Assembly: GCA_964491925.1 (NCBI GenBank)
Contig: CAZBGZ010000003.1
Span: 86,234-150,233 of the forward strand
Direction of reading: 5' to 3'
DNA from: an uncultured Candidatus Saccharibacteria bacterium
GTDB lineage: Bacteria; Patescibacteriota; Saccharimonadia; Saccharimonadales; JAGQNJ01
DNA: 64,000 nt
The notes under the pieces are model-generated. The model searched no databases. It was not told where the DNA came from and was given only the letters and a program-made list of their open reading frames with translations. A program made the position numbers and the translations under genes. This document shows, piece after piece, positions 11,754 to 21,969 of this stretch. How positions within the stretch are numbered: the stretch's first letter is position 1; each line of letters opens with the position of its first letter.

Positions 11754-11773
11754 CATTTGATGAAAACTTATGT

Positions 11774-11802
11774 TTGCGTTTTATGCAATAATATTGTATT
11801 TT
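11774..11802 (+). promoter_or_regulatory. Sigma70-type promoter giving a near-leaderless transcript
   Basis: TTGCGT (11774-11779), 17 nt, TATTTT (11797-11802), then 9 nt to the ATG at 11812. No SD. Confidence 0.35.
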
Positions 11803-11811
11803 ACCTAGATT

Positions 11812-12258
11812 ATGCCAGGCCCAGAAGAGTTAGTCGTTAACCCAACAGACCAGGAGATTGTAGAGCACTTCTTAGGCTCTCATCATCGCAACACAGGGTT
11901 CGAAGTATTAAAAGTAGACCCAGAGGCTTTTGGGGTGCCTCCAACAGAGTGCTACTTCGCTGGGCTACCTATAGGCACAACCGCCCATGAATTGCACGTC
12001 GACTTTGGTAATAGGCTTTCTTCTATGCAGAGAATGTCAGATATGGCTAGAGGCAGGTTAGCGGGAAGACTGCTATTATCTGATTGGCTAACTTTGATTG
12101 AACAAACAACTGATGGAAATTTTAACGATTCGCAAGCCTTTTGGGCGCAATCACCGGTCGTAAGGCCTTCCGTGCTAATAAAGTTGGGAGCGCGAGTTAA
12201 GCCTTCACAATTGGTCCCATGTCATCAGGCGTGGTTGCGAGCGAATACATGGAAATGA
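11812..12258 (+). CDS. Hypothetical protein (orphan, compositionally atypical)
   Basis: 148-aa ORF, visibly GC-richer than its surroundings. No motif recognised. Confidence 0.45.
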   Translation: MPGPEELVVNPTDQEIVEHFLGSHHRNTGFEVLKVDPEAFGVPPTECYFAGLPIGTTAHELHVDFGNRLSSMQRMSDMARGRLAGRLLLSDWLTLIEQTTDGNFNDSQAFWAQSPVVRPSVLIKLGARVKPSQLVPCHQAWLRANTWK

Positions 12259-12417
12259 CAGGTCGCGAAGAGGATAAGAGGCCGGTTTTTAGATTCTATA
12301 TTTCGCACTTGGCGCTTATTGAGAGTAAGCCCCTAGCAACTAGACTACTTAGCAGATTACAGTGATAGACTTTTGCGGCATTATTAATTCGAATATAATT
12401 TTACTTGCCATTATTCA

Positions 12418-13032
12418 TCAAAGATAAACGGGTACCGCTGGATCGAAAGGTCTATCGCAAAATATTCTTACACTAATGGCTGGTTCTTCGTTATACATTT
12501 TTGAATAGGCAGTAAAGAAGTCAACTATACATTCAAAATCACCTACTTTTTTCTTGTTTAATTGATCTGGCTGATAATCAACACCCTGACTAATTTTTTT
12601 AAACCAAGGGATGGTTGGATAATCTGGACGTGATTGCCACCCGTTAGCCTGGAGTGCTTGACTTAATTTTGCTGCATTTTGGTTAAAGCTGTTCTTGCCA
12701 GCTGTGTCTGTAGGAACTTTTATCAAACGATCTATGCCCGATGAACACTCAAAATAAGTTCCACCACTGTACTGCGTGTCACCCTCATGTATTGGTTCAT
12801 ATGTCGTATAGCCACATTTGGTATCAAGCCTTGATAGGTCGGTAAAGCCCAAAGACTTTAAGACATCTTTTAAAGGTCTAATCTGTGAATTTACCGTATG
12901 CTCGGCCTTCTTTCGATAATACGTTTGGTTAAACCAACGTTTAGCGGGGAACAAAAAAACGACAGCAGAAACCAATATTACTAGAAGAGATATTAAGATA
13001 ATTGCTGTTTTCTTCTCTAGCTTTCGTTTCAT
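12418..13032 (-). CDS. Membrane-anchored extracytoplasmic protein, hypothetical
   Basis: 204-aa ORF with an N-terminal TM anchor (AIILISLLVILVSAVVFLF). No family recognised. Confidence 0.5.
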   Translation of the reverse strand: MKRKLEKKTAIILISLLVILVSAVVFLFPAKRWFNQTYYRKKAEHTVNSQIRPLKDVLKSLGFTDLSRLDTKCGYTTYEPIHEGDTQYSGGTYFECSSGIDRLIKVPTDTAGKNSFNQNAAKLSQALQANGWQSRPDYPTIPWFKKISQGVDYQPDQLNKKKVGDFECIVDFFTAYSKMYNEEPAISVRIFCDRPFDPAVPVYL

Positions 13033-13046
13033 GAATGAAGTATATC

Positions 13047-13079
13047 AAAATACAAATAACCCATGGGAAACCATAGGTT
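13047..13079 (-). terminator. Rho-independent terminator after tRNA-Ala
   Basis: Minus strand: AACCTATGG-TTTC-CCATGGGTT (9 bp, 1 GU) followed by ATTTGTATTTT. Confidence 0.6.
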
Positions 13080-13086
13080 ATTAATA

Positions 13087-13163
13087 TGGTGGAGCATAGC
13101 GGACTCGAACCGCTGACCTCTTCGCTGCCAGCGAAGCGCTCTAGCCAACTGAGCTAATGCCCC
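13087..13163 (-). tRNA. tRNA-Ala (GGC), CCA encoded
   Basis: Reverse complement is GGGGCAT..ATGCTCC-A-CCA with the G3:U70 identity pair. Anticodon loop CTGGCAG. T arm AGCGG-TTCGAGT-CCGCT. Confidence 0.9.
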
Positions 13164-13243
13164 ACGTCGTCGACGTGTGATTGTTTATTATCGACCAGCC
13201 GACAACTAATTTTACAAGAGGAAACTAAAAAATCCTAGAGAAC

Positions 13244-13252
13244 TGGTACAAT
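13244..13252 (+). promoter_or_regulatory. Extended -10 promoter (TGgTACAAT)
   Basis: TGnTACAAT. It overlaps the listed ATG at 13251, and the in-frame ATG at 13260 lies 7 nt after the -10 box, which fits a leaderless start. Confidence 0.35.
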
Positions 13253-14189
13253 GAATGTCATGACCAAAAAAGTTACTAATACGACAATTGACGGACAGAA
13301 GACACTAATCGTGTGGTTGTTTGTTTTGGCAACGTTGATATTTACTGGTGGGTTATATGGTTGGTATCAATATATTCATAAGAGTCCATACAGAGTATTT
13401 TGGGGAATGGTAGACAACAACTTGCGCACTTATGGCGTGACTAGGACTTATCAGCAGAAAAACCCCGGCATCACACTCGAGCAAAATTTACGACTTGCAT
13501 TGGGCGCTAATAATATTGCGGTAGGTATAACAAATATAAAGCAGGTAAACGAAAATGGTAAAAAAACAGAAATAACAAGTGAAGTAGTTGGTACACCTAA
13601 AGCCAATTTTGCTCGTTACACAAAGATAAACACGGAACAAAATTTGACGAAGTCATCTAAAGCAAATCTAGAACAGTTGAAAAACACCTGGAGCAAGGAA
13701 GAGCTAAATCGACCAGAACAAGTTAGCCAGAGTGTTTTCTCCGAGGCAGCATACTTTGTTGCGGTACCATACGCTAATATAAGCCTAAAAGATCGAAACT
13801 CTATAGTCACCTTCATGAAAGACAAAAATGTTTATGACGTCGATTTTAAAGATACCCACATCGTGACGAAGAGTGGTAAAAAAGCTATTTCATACAAACT
13901 GAAAATAAATGTGGCAAAACATCTGGAAATGCTAAAAAAACTCGACTCAATTTTGGGCCTAAACCAACTGAATAAAGTAGGTGCTCCACCAGAAGATTCC
14001 GCACCAGTCGAACTAAGAATGATAGTTGGCATAGATTCCCGCCAACTACTGTCGGTAGACTATGTCGGTGCAAATAGATCAGAAAACTATAGTAGCTTTG
14101 GTGCTAGGGTAAATACAGACTTGCCAAAGGCTGATTTGACTCGAACTCAGTTAGAACAAAAACTCCAAGATCTGCTTTCTGGCTCATAG
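13251..14189 (+). CDS. Membrane-anchored protein, hypothetical (start may be 13260)
   Basis: 312-aa ORF with an N-terminal TM helix (LIVWLFVLATLIFTGGLYGWY). No family recognised. Confidence 0.5.
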   Translation: MNVMTKKVTNTTIDGQKTLIVWLFVLATLIFTGGLYGWYQYIHKSPYRVFWGMVDNNLRTYGVTRTYQQKNPGITLEQNLRLALGANNIAVGITNIKQVNENGKKTEITSEVVGTPKANFARYTKINTEQNLTKSSKANLEQLKNTWSKEELNRPEQVSQSVFSEAAYFVAVPYANISLKDRNSIVTFMKDKNVYDVDFKDTHIVTKSGKKAISYKLKINVAKHLEMLKKLDSILGLNQLNKVGAPPEDSAPVELRMIVGIDSRQLLSVDYVGANRSENYSSFGARVNTDLPKADLTRTQLEQKLQDLLSGS

Positions 14190-14235
14190 AAACGTGCGGC
14201 ACGTATTTTTGAAGTAATTAAAGTATAATCATTAT

Positions 14236-14991
14236 ATGCAAGTTGTTATTGATGGGCTGCTAACTAACTACCAAAAACAGGGTAGTGGTAAAAAATGCGT
14301 ATTATTGCTGCATGGATGGGGCGATTCACTAACAACTTTTTCTGATTTATCTAACAACCTAGAGAAAACCTACACAGTATATTCACTAGATCTACCGGGA
14401 TTCGGCCAATCTCAAATACCGGACGAGAGTTGGAGCCTAGATAATTACGGGCATTTTATACATAATTTTTTAGACAAACTCGGGGTTCATGAACTGCTTG
14501 GTGTGGTTGGGCATTCAAACGGTGGCGCGGTAGCTATCCGTAGTATCTCTATGCAAGCCTTTGAGCCAAAAAAATTAGTATTGTTGTCAGCCTCTGGAAT
14601 ACGAAACAGCCAGCCAGTCAGGCGTTTGATACTAAAAGTTATTGCTAAAACCGGCAAAGTTGCGACGTTTTGGTTGCCACGACGGTACAAAAGAAAACTA
14701 CAAAAGAAACTCTACGGTGTCGCTGCTTCAGACATGTTGGTCGTGCCGCACATGAAAGAAACTTACAAAATAACTGTTAGGCAAGATGTTCAGCAGGACG
14801 CCAAGCATGTGCAGCAACCTACGTTACTAATTTACGGTGACTCCGACAAAGCTACCCCTCCAGAATTCGGCCGTATATATAAAAAATTAATGACTAATGC
14901 AAAGTTAGAGATTGTTGACAATGCAGAGCATTTTGTTCACCATGATCAGCCCGAAATCGTGACAAAATTAATCGAGGAATTTTTGAAATGA
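14236..14991 (+). CDS. Alpha/beta hydrolase fold protein
   Basis: HGWGD oxyanion region. Nucleophile elbow GHSNGG (GxSxG). C-terminal D and H (GDSDK...AEHFVHHDQP). Confidence 0.75.
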   Translation: MQVVIDGLLTNYQKQGSGKKCVLLLHGWGDSLTTFSDLSNNLEKTYTVYSLDLPGFGQSQIPDESWSLDNYGHFIHNFLDKLGVHELLGVVGHSNGGAVAIRSISMQAFEPKKLVLLSASGIRNSQPVRRLILKVIAKTGKVATFWLPRRYKRKLQKKLYGVAASDMLVVPHMKETYKITVRQDVQQDAKHVQQPTLLIYGDSDKATPPEFGRIYKKLMTNAKLEIVDNAEHFVHHDQPEIVTKLIEEFLK

Positions 14992-16424
14992 AGAGCTTAA
15001 TTTTTATGTATTCTTGGCGTTATGCAGAGGTGTTGGTATATATGCTCCAAAGTACCGAATACAAGGTCCCAGACTATGTGAAGTGGCTGCATAGAACCAA
15101 AAATTTTTCAAAGGTTATGTATCGTCGTCAGTTAGATAAAACAAAGGCCGCCAGAATGCTGGTTGCTGCTATGCGTTTTGGGATGATACTCCAGGTATTG
15201 ATCGGCTTATTGATATTAGTTTTTGGATATCGGTCTGACAACTTTTTGGTTTTCGGGTTAGGAGTATTTTTGGTTTTTAGTTATCCAACCATATGGGCGT
15301 ACTTGGTGACTTTGCCACTACAATTCGGTCGGTGGTTTATCATGAACCCCAAGTACCGCAGAGAAGTAAAAGCCTCTGAATCAGTTTTTGTAAACCATCC
15401 GGGCGTAAAAATCGCAGTTGCTGGGAGTTATGGCAAAACAAGCATGAAAGAACTGCTAAAAACTGTACTATCCGAAGGCAAAAATGTCGCAGCAACACCT
15501 GCGAATAAAAATGTTGCAATTTCGCATGCTCGGTTTGCCGGGGAACTGAAAGGTGATGAAGATATATTGGTAATAGAGTATGGCGAGGGTGCCCCAGGTG
15601 ACGTTGTTAGGTTTTCTAACGTAACGCACCCAGATATTGGCATAATAACGGGGCTAGCGCCAGCTCATTTGGACCAATACCCATCATTGGTATCGGCCGG
15701 AAAAGACATCTTCGCATTATCAAAATATGTTGGTGCAGACAATACGTATGTAAATAACGAGTCAGAGGCCGTCAAGGATTTTCTAAAACCAGATATGCAT
15801 ACATATGACCACAGTTCAGTTTTAGGGTGGAAAATATCAAACATAAAACTTGATTTTACGGGCATAAAATTCGAAATGAAAAAAGGTTCACAAACACTAC
15901 ATTTGCGCAGTGGATTGCTAGGTAGGCATCAAGTAGGGCCGCTAGCTGTTGTCGCAGCACTTGCCCATAAATTAGGATTAACAAAATCTCAAATAGAAAA
16001 AGGGATTAGTAAAACCAAAGCTTTCGAACACCGCATGCAACCCAGAAATCTAAGAGGAGCATGGATACTTGACGATACCTATAATGGCAATATTGATGGT
16101 ATGAAAGCAGGGCTAAAATTACTGCAAGAATTGCCGGCGAAACGAAAAATTTACGTAACGCCAGGACTAGTCGACCAAGGCGAAGAAACTAAACATGTTC
16201 ATGTAGAACTAGGCTTGGCAATAGCCAAAGCTGATCCCGATAAGGTGGTCCTGATGTTCAATTCCGCCACTCGTAACATAGAAAAAGGCCTGGAGAAAGG
16301 TGGTTATAAAGGCCAAATCCAGGTAGAACATTACCCACTGGATTACTACGTAAACCTAGAACATTTCGTGGCAGCAGGCGACGTGTTCATGTTGCAAAAC
16401 GATTGGACTGATAACTACTCATAA
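14988..16424 (+). CDS. murF: Mur ligase family protein, MurF-like, with an N-terminal membrane domain
   Basis: ATGA overlap with the upstream gene. Mur ligase P-loop AVAGSYGKTSMKELL, and central and C-terminal domains (DDTYNGN...). The first ~125 aa carry 2-3 TM helices instead of a soluble N-domain. Confidence 0.65.
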   Translation: MKSLIFMYSWRYAEVLVYMLQSTEYKVPDYVKWLHRTKNFSKVMYRRQLDKTKAARMLVAAMRFGMILQVLIGLLILVFGYRSDNFLVFGLGVFLVFSYPTIWAYLVTLPLQFGRWFIMNPKYRREVKASESVFVNHPGVKIAVAGSYGKTSMKELLKTVLSEGKNVAATPANKNVAISHARFAGELKGDEDILVIEYGEGAPGDVVRFSNVTHPDIGIITGLAPAHLDQYPSLVSAGKDIFALSKYVGADNTYVNNESEAVKDFLKPDMHTYDHSSVLGWKISNIKLDFTGIKFEMKKGSQTLHLRSGLLGRHQVGPLAVVAALAHKLGLTKSQIEKGISKTKAFEHRMQPRNLRGAWILDDTYNGNIDGMKAGLKLLQELPAKRKIYVTPGLVDQGEETKHVHVELGLAIAKADPDKVVLMFNSATRNIEKGLEKGGYKGQIQVEHYPLDYYVNLEHFVAAGDVFMLQNDWTDNYS

Positions 16425-16531
16425 ACTCCGTCCTCGGCGCATTGCTGCGGCAGAAGCTCCAGTGCTCACTTCACTTCTTTCTTGTACTGCACCCAAGGAC
16501 GACGTTTAGGCGCCGTAAAGGGTCTGGCCTA

Positions 16532-17253
16532 CTATTTGTCTTTTAGGTTGTAGCCACCATCTACTAGAACATCTGTGCCCGTAACATAACTCGCATTATC
16601 AGACGCTAAAAACATGATGACATTCGCTATTTCTTCTGGTTGCGAAATACGGCCCACCAGGTCCCTTTGTTTATGCGGTCAAACGTTTCTGGAGACCACA
16701 GTTTAGACATATCTGTTTCAACGTAACCAGGTGATACAGAGTTGAAACGGATTTTTGGGTATGCTTTTGCTAGCGCTTGAGTAATGGCTATTACGCCAGC
16801 TTTTGTTGCACCGTAATTTAGGCTACTGAGTGAAGTTAGGTTGTAGTGACCTTTTAGTGAAGCAATATTTACGATAGAACCTGATCCGCTTTTTAGCATC
16901 CCAGGTACCACAGCTTGTATGCAATGCAACGTACCCAAAACGTTTACGTTATATTCTCGCAGTGCGTCCCTATCATCAACATCTGAAACGTCTTTCATGC
17001 CAGAACTACTGACGCCCGCATTGTTTACTAGTATATCTACCGGTCCTAGCTGAGTAAGAGCGTCGTGGACTGCATCCTTATCCGTTATATCGAAAAATGT
17101 TTTGGTCGAGCCGTTAATTTCTTTATGTGTTTTGTCTAGATCTTCAGAGTCTTTGCTGCCGTGTACTATCACTTTGTAGCCTTGTTTTGCCGCTAGCTTT
17201 GCTACTGCTTTTCCTATTCCTCTGCTCGATCCTGTAATAAGTATTGTTTTCAT
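16532..17253 (-). pseudogene. SDR family oxidoreductase (FabG-like) interrupted by a frameshift
   Basis: The 208-aa ORF (16627-17253) has TGSSRGIG, NNAG and Y..xK motifs but ends at ...[15 protein letters not shown]. Another frame (16532-~16670) reads the expected C-terminus [40 protein letters not shown]. Total span is 722 nt, not a multiple of 3. Confidence 0.8.
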
Positions 17254-17341
17254 ATGGTTAGATTATACAATAACAGCGTTTTAACAATATCTTACAATTA
17301 AGGGGGTTTAATTGTAATGGTATGGGTGTACAATAGAAAGT

Positions 17342-18511
17342 ATGAAAACAATTGCGGTCATATTTGGTGGACGATCAACAGAGCACGATGTATCAATAGT
17401 AACAGCGATAGCCAGCGTAATTAAACCCCTGGAACTCACTAAACAGTATAAGGTCGAGGCAGTATATATTGCCAAAGACGGCAGTTGGTACTGGGACGAA
17501 AAATTAAAAAACATTTCTCTGTTTCAATCAGGCGAAATTGAAGATTTCATGCACAAGGCTCCAAAAGTGCATATTTTATTTGATAACGGCCTAACGTTAG
17601 TAAAATCCAGCCAATTTGCGGGACGAAAACAATACAAAAAGATTGATGTGGTATTTCCAGCCATGCACGGTACGCACGGTGAAGACGGCGAGCTAATGGG
17701 AATACTCGATATGGCTAATGTGCCGTATGTTGGGTGCAACGTATCGTCCAGTGCTGTGGCTATGGATAAGGTGCTTTCAAAACAAGTTACGGGTAGCGCC
17801 GGCATTCCAAGCACCCCGTGGATGTGGTTTTATTCGCGCGATCTTGGCCGTGACCACAGCAAAATTATAAAAAGCATCGAAAAACTAGAATATCCGCTAT
17901 TCGTGAAGCCCGCGCATTTAGGTTCGTCCATTGGTATAACAAAAGTTGATAACCCCGATCAACTTACCAATGCCCTAGAAGTTGCGGCTCATTACGATGA
18001 CAAAGTCATCGTCGAACAAGCCGTTAATAATTTGATAGAAGTAACATTACCAATAATTGGCAACGAAGATCCCGTACCAGCACTGTTAGAGCAGCCAATG
18101 ATACACGCCGATGATTTCTTTGATTTTGAGACTAAGTATATGGGTGGCGGCAAAAAAGGTGGCGGGAAGAAAATGGGAGGGAAACAAGGCGCTCAAGGTT
18201 ATAGTAAAATCCCAGCAGATTTGCCAAAAGATCTATATGATGAGGCGGTTAATCTAGGCCTAAAAGTCTACAAAACGGTTGGTTGTAGTGGGATAGCCCG
18301 CATTGATATGCTTGTAGATTCTAAGAAAAAACAGGTGACATTCAACGAAATCAATCCACTGCCTGGCAGCCTCTATGCTCACAATTGGCAACAAAATGGT
18401 GTCTCTAGCGTAGATCTAGCAACCCGATTGGTTGGGTATGCCGAAGATCGCTGGAAAAAGCAGCAAAAACTGGCAACTGCCTTTAGTACTAACTTTCTAA
18501 AACAATTCTAA
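17342..18511 (+). CDS. ddl: D-alanine--D-alanine ligase
   Basis: Typical N-terminus (KTIAVIFGGRSTEHDVSIVTA). HGTHGEDG and ATP-grasp motifs (EINPLPGS). Contains a Gly/Lys-rich insert GGGKKGGGKKMGGKQGAQG. Confidence 0.9.
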   Translation: MKTIAVIFGGRSTEHDVSIVTAIASVIKPLELTKQYKVEAVYIAKDGSWYWDEKLKNISLFQSGEIEDFMHKAPKVHILFDNGLTLVKSSQFAGRKQYKKIDVVFPAMHGTHGEDGELMGILDMANVPYVGCNVSSSAVAMDKVLSKQVTGSAGIPSTPWMWFYSRDLGRDHSKIIKSIEKLEYPLFVKPAHLGSSIGITKVDNPDQLTNALEVAAHYDDKVIVEQAVNNLIEVTLPIIGNEDPVPALLEQPMIHADDFFDFETKYMGGGKKGGGKKMGGKQGAQGYSKIPADLPKDLYDEAVNLGLKVYKTVGCSGIARIDMLVDSKKKQVTFNEINPLPGSLYAHNWQQNGVSSVDLATRLVGYAEDRWKKQQKLATAFSTNFLKQF

Positions 18512-18513
18512 AT

Positions 18514-19446
18514 ATGAAAAACTTTGAGCTAACAGCATCAGATGTGTATTTTCGTGGGGAATTTGTGCCTTTTAATGAAGCGAACTTGAATATTACTAGC
18601 TCGCCAGTACTATATGGACTGTCAATTTATACAGTTTTTGCTGCTTCTTGGGATGAAGAAAATCAACAGCTATACATTTTTCGCTTGAAGGATCATTACA
18701 AACGACTAGTAAACTCGGCACGAATTATGAATTTTCATAATTTTCAAGATCACTGCTCTTTTGCAGAGTTTCAGACGAAGATGAAAGAGTTATTGACCAG
18801 AAATAAGATAGGAGAAGATGTACTAGTTAGGGTAACTATTTTTATCGATGAACTAGTTGCTGGCACAAAGCTACATGGCCTAACTAACAGTTGGTCGGCG
18901 TATATCACGCCAATGGGCGAAATATTGCCTCTCTCGGGTATCAACGTTTGTGTTTCTAGCTGGGCCAGGACACCAGACAATTCTATCCCAGCGCGAGCTA
19001 AGGTTAACGGCAATTATGTCAACGCTAGTCTGATGAAAAATGAAGCACTACGCGGTGGGTTTGATGATGCAATCGCACTTGATCACAATGGTCATGTTAG
19101 CGAAGGAACAGTCACGAATATATTCATTGTCAGAGACGGCGTTCTAATTACCCCAGATTCTTCCTCTGATATTCTAGAGGGGATAACGCGGGATAGTATT
19201 ATAAAAATTGCCGATAATTTGGGCTTGCCTTGCCAGGAACGAACGGTTGATCGTACGGAACTGTACGTAGCCGATGAAGTGTTTTTCTGTGGCAGCTCGG
19301 CACGAATAATACCAGTTTTGTCGGTAGATAAGAGGAAAATTGGCGATGGAAAGCCTGGAAAAATAACCAAAGATTTTATGCATTATCTCGAGGCTTTACA
19401 GCGCGGCCAAAAAGATGATTTTCAGTCATGGCTAACAATAGTTTAG
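18514..19446 (+). CDS. Class IV (branched-chain / D-amino-acid) aminotransferase
   Basis: Fold-type IV motifs: AKVNGNYVNASLMKNEA (PLP lysine region) and EGTVTNIF. Sits directly downstream of ddl. Confidence 0.75.
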   Translation: MKNFELTASDVYFRGEFVPFNEANLNITSSPVLYGLSIYTVFAASWDEENQQLYIFRLKDHYKRLVNSARIMNFHNFQDHCSFAEFQTKMKELLTRNKIGEDVLVRVTIFIDELVAGTKLHGLTNSWSAYITPMGEILPLSGINVCVSSWARTPDNSIPARAKVNGNYVNASLMKNEALRGGFDDAIALDHNGHVSEGTVTNIFIVRDGVLITPDSSSDILEGITRDSIIKIADNLGLPCQERTVDRTELYVADEVFFCGSSARIIPVLSVDKRKIGDGKPGKITKDFMHYLEALQRGQKDDFQSWLTIV

Positions 19447-19479
19447 TACAACAGTAAAAATTAGTTATAATTACCCCAT

Positions 19480-21960
19480 ATGAGACGTTACAATCCAAAA
19501 GAAATTGAGCCTAAGTGGCAGGCAAAGTGGGAAGCTGACGGCATATACAAAGCCGATGAAGACCCAAAGAAGCCAAAAAGGTATGTACTAGAATATTTCC
19601 CCTATCCCAGTGGTGCGGCAATGCACGTGGGGCACGTCCGTAACTACACCATTGGCGACGCTGTCGTACGTTTTAACCGAATGCGTGGCCATAATGTTCT
19701 GCATCCAATGGGTTGGGACGCCTTTGGCTTACCCGCAGAAAACTATGCTATAAAAAACAAGGTAACGCCTAGAAAAGCAGTGTATGCGAACACCAAGCGG
19801 TTCAAAGAACAACTAATGCAGATGGGTTTTGGCTATGATTGGTCCAGGGAAATTGATAGTACGGATCCGAAATACTACAAGTGGACACAATGGTTCTTTT
19901 TGTTACTCCACAAACGGGGATTAGCATACCAAAAAGAAAGTTTACAGTGGTGGTGCCCACTAGATAAAACTGTACTGGCTAACGAACAAGTAGAAGCCGG
20001 CCTGTGCTGGCGCTGTGGTAGCCAGGTTGTAAAAAAGCCTCTGAAGCAGTGGTTTTTTAAGATTACTGAGTATGCTGATCGTCTAGAAAAAGACCTAGAT
20101 GACGTTAATTGGTCCGAATCCATAAAGACGATGCAACGCAATTGGATAGGCAGAAAAGAGGGCATCAACATAACTTACGAGGTGATTAACAGCAATAAAG
20201 ACGAAGAAATTACTGTTTTCACAACGCGTCCTGATACTAACTATGGCGCTACCTTTGTTGTATTGGCACCGGAACATCCATTTGTACAAAAAGTTATCAG
20301 TCAGGAATTGATACCAACAGAAGGCCCATCACACCATCAAGCAGTTCAACATTATGTCCAGAAATCAATGAATAAAAGCGATGTTGAGCGGCAAGAAGAG
20401 GGACGAATTAAGACAGGCGCCTTCACTGGGTTTTATATCCTTAACCCGTTAAATAATAAAAAACTTCCTGTATGGGTTTCAGATTTCGTATTAGCTGGTT
20501 TTGGCACAGGAGCTGTAGTCGGTGTGCCTGGCCACGATATGCGTGACTTTGAGTTTGCAAAACAGTTTGACATCCCTATCGAACGCGTTGTTGTGGGCCC
20601 TGACGGTGATAAATCGCCGATTATAGACCCGAAGCAAGTGCAGGAAAAGAATGGGAAAATGATAAATTCTGGTTCGCTTGATAACCTAAATATTCATGAT
20701 GCTACCCAAAAAATGATGGATTTAATGGAAGAACAAAAGATGGGTAGCCGTATCGTTAGTTATTCAATTAGAGATTGGTTGATTAGTCGCCAAAGATATT
20801 GGGGTGCGCCTATTCCAATTATTCATTGCGCTAAATGTGGGCCCGTGGCAGTACCCGAGGACCAACTGCCTGTTTTATTGCCTGATGTAAAAAGCTACGA
20901 GCCTAGCGGTGACGGACGAAGCCCGCTAGCAACCATCCCAGAATTTGTGAACACGATTTGTCCAGAATGTGGTGGCAAGGCAGAACGCGAAACAGACACT
21001 ATGGATGGATTCGCCTGTAGTAGCTGGTATTTCCTGCGGTTTGCAGATCCGCACAACGACGAAGTGCCATTCACTAAAGAAAAGGCAGAGTTTTGGTTGC
21101 CGGTCGATGATTATATCGGCGGCGCAGAGCATGCTGTTATGCATCTTCTTTATGCGCGTTTTTGGACGAAAGTCATGTTCGACGAAGGTTTAATAAACTT
21201 TGAGGAGCCTTTCAAGACACTACGTAATCACGGGATGATACTGGCGCCAGACGGTACAAAAATGAGTAAAAGCAAGGGCAATACTATCGAACCCGGAGGC
21301 CTAATAGACCAAGGTTATGGCGCAGATTCTATACGAATAATGGAGCTATTCTTGGGTCCGTGGAACCAGATGGCTAGTTGGTCCGTCGAAGGAATGGGCG
21401 GAGCTTTTCGCTTTTTGCAGCGTGTCTGGACATTAGTTTTAGAGTTCCAGGAGTCTGCAGAACCAAAAGGAAGCAATAACGACCTGTTGGTGCTACAACA
21501 CAAAACAACTGCGAAAGTGAGCAAAGATCTAGAAAACCTTGGTTTTAATACAGCGATTTCTGCGTTGATGGAATACGTCAATGAACTTTATAAAATAAAA
21601 GCCGAGGATAATTATTCATCAAAAGAATGGAAATCTGCAATTAAAACTCTAATCCAGTTATTATCACCATTTGCACCACATATTACTGAAGAGTTATGGA
21701 AAGTCCTAGGTAATAAAACGTCGGTTCATGTTAGCGATTGGCCGATGCATGACGATAAATATCTGGCTAGCAAGACGACTAATATTGTAATCCAGATTAA
21801 CGGGAAAGTTCGCGCGAACATTACTGTGCCAGTGGATAGCACTGAATCTGATGTGGTCAACACGGCTAAAGCCGAAGCCAAAGTTATGAGCTATCTAAAA
21901 GATAACCAAATCAAAAAGACAATCTACATAAAAAATAAACTACTTAGTTTCGTAATATAA
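19480..21960 (+). CDS. leuS: Leucine--tRNA ligase
   Basis: HIGH-type motif HVGHVRNY, KMSKSKGN, and zinc-knuckle CP1 editing region. Length 826 aa. Confidence 0.95.
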   Translation: MRRYNPKEIEPKWQAKWEADGIYKADEDPKKPKRYVLEYFPYPSGAAMHVGHVRNYTIGDAVVRFNRMRGHNVLHPMGWDAFGLPAENYAIKNKVTPRKAVYANTKRFKEQLMQMGFGYDWSREIDSTDPKYYKWTQWFFLLLHKRGLAYQKESLQWWCPLDKTVLANEQVEAGLCWRCGSQVVKKPLKQWFFKITEYADRLEKDLDDVNWSESIKTMQRNWIGRKEGINITYEVINSNKDEEITVFTTRPDTNYGATFVVLAPEHPFVQKVISQELIPTEGPSHHQAVQHYVQKSMNKSDVERQEEGRIKTGAFTGFYILNPLNNKKLPVWVSDFVLAGFGTGAVVGVPGHDMRDFEFAKQFDIPIERVVVGPDGDKSPIIDPKQVQEKNGKMINSGSLDNLNIHDATQKMMDLMEEQKMGSRIVSYSIRDWLISRQRYWGAPIPIIHCAKCGPVAVPEDQLPVLLPDVKSYEPSGDGRSPLATIPEFVNTICPECGGKAERETDTMDGFACSSWYFLRFADPHNDEVPFTKEKAEFWLPVDDYIGGAEHAVMHLLYARFWTKVMFDEGLINFEEPFKTLRNHGMILAPDGTKMSKSKGNTIEPGGLIDQGYGADSIRIMELFLGPWNQMASWSVEGMGGAFRFLQRVWTLVLEFQESAEPKGSNNDLLVLQHKTTAKVSKDLENLGFNTAISALMEYVNELYKIKAEDNYSSKEWKSAIKTLIQLLSPFAPHITEELWKVLGNKTSVHVSDWPMHDDKYLASKTTNIVIQINGKVRANITVPVDSTESDVVNTAKAEAKVMSYLKDNQIKKTIYIKNKLLSFVI

Positions 21961-21969
21961 AACTACAAG

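Noticed and set aside
16425-16531. Homology between the GC-rich spacers at 16425-16531 and 25768-25950
   Set aside because: Only a ~20-nt patch (CTTGTACT..GCACC..AGG) matches, in inverted orientation. The rest does not align by eye, so it is too weak to call a repeat family.
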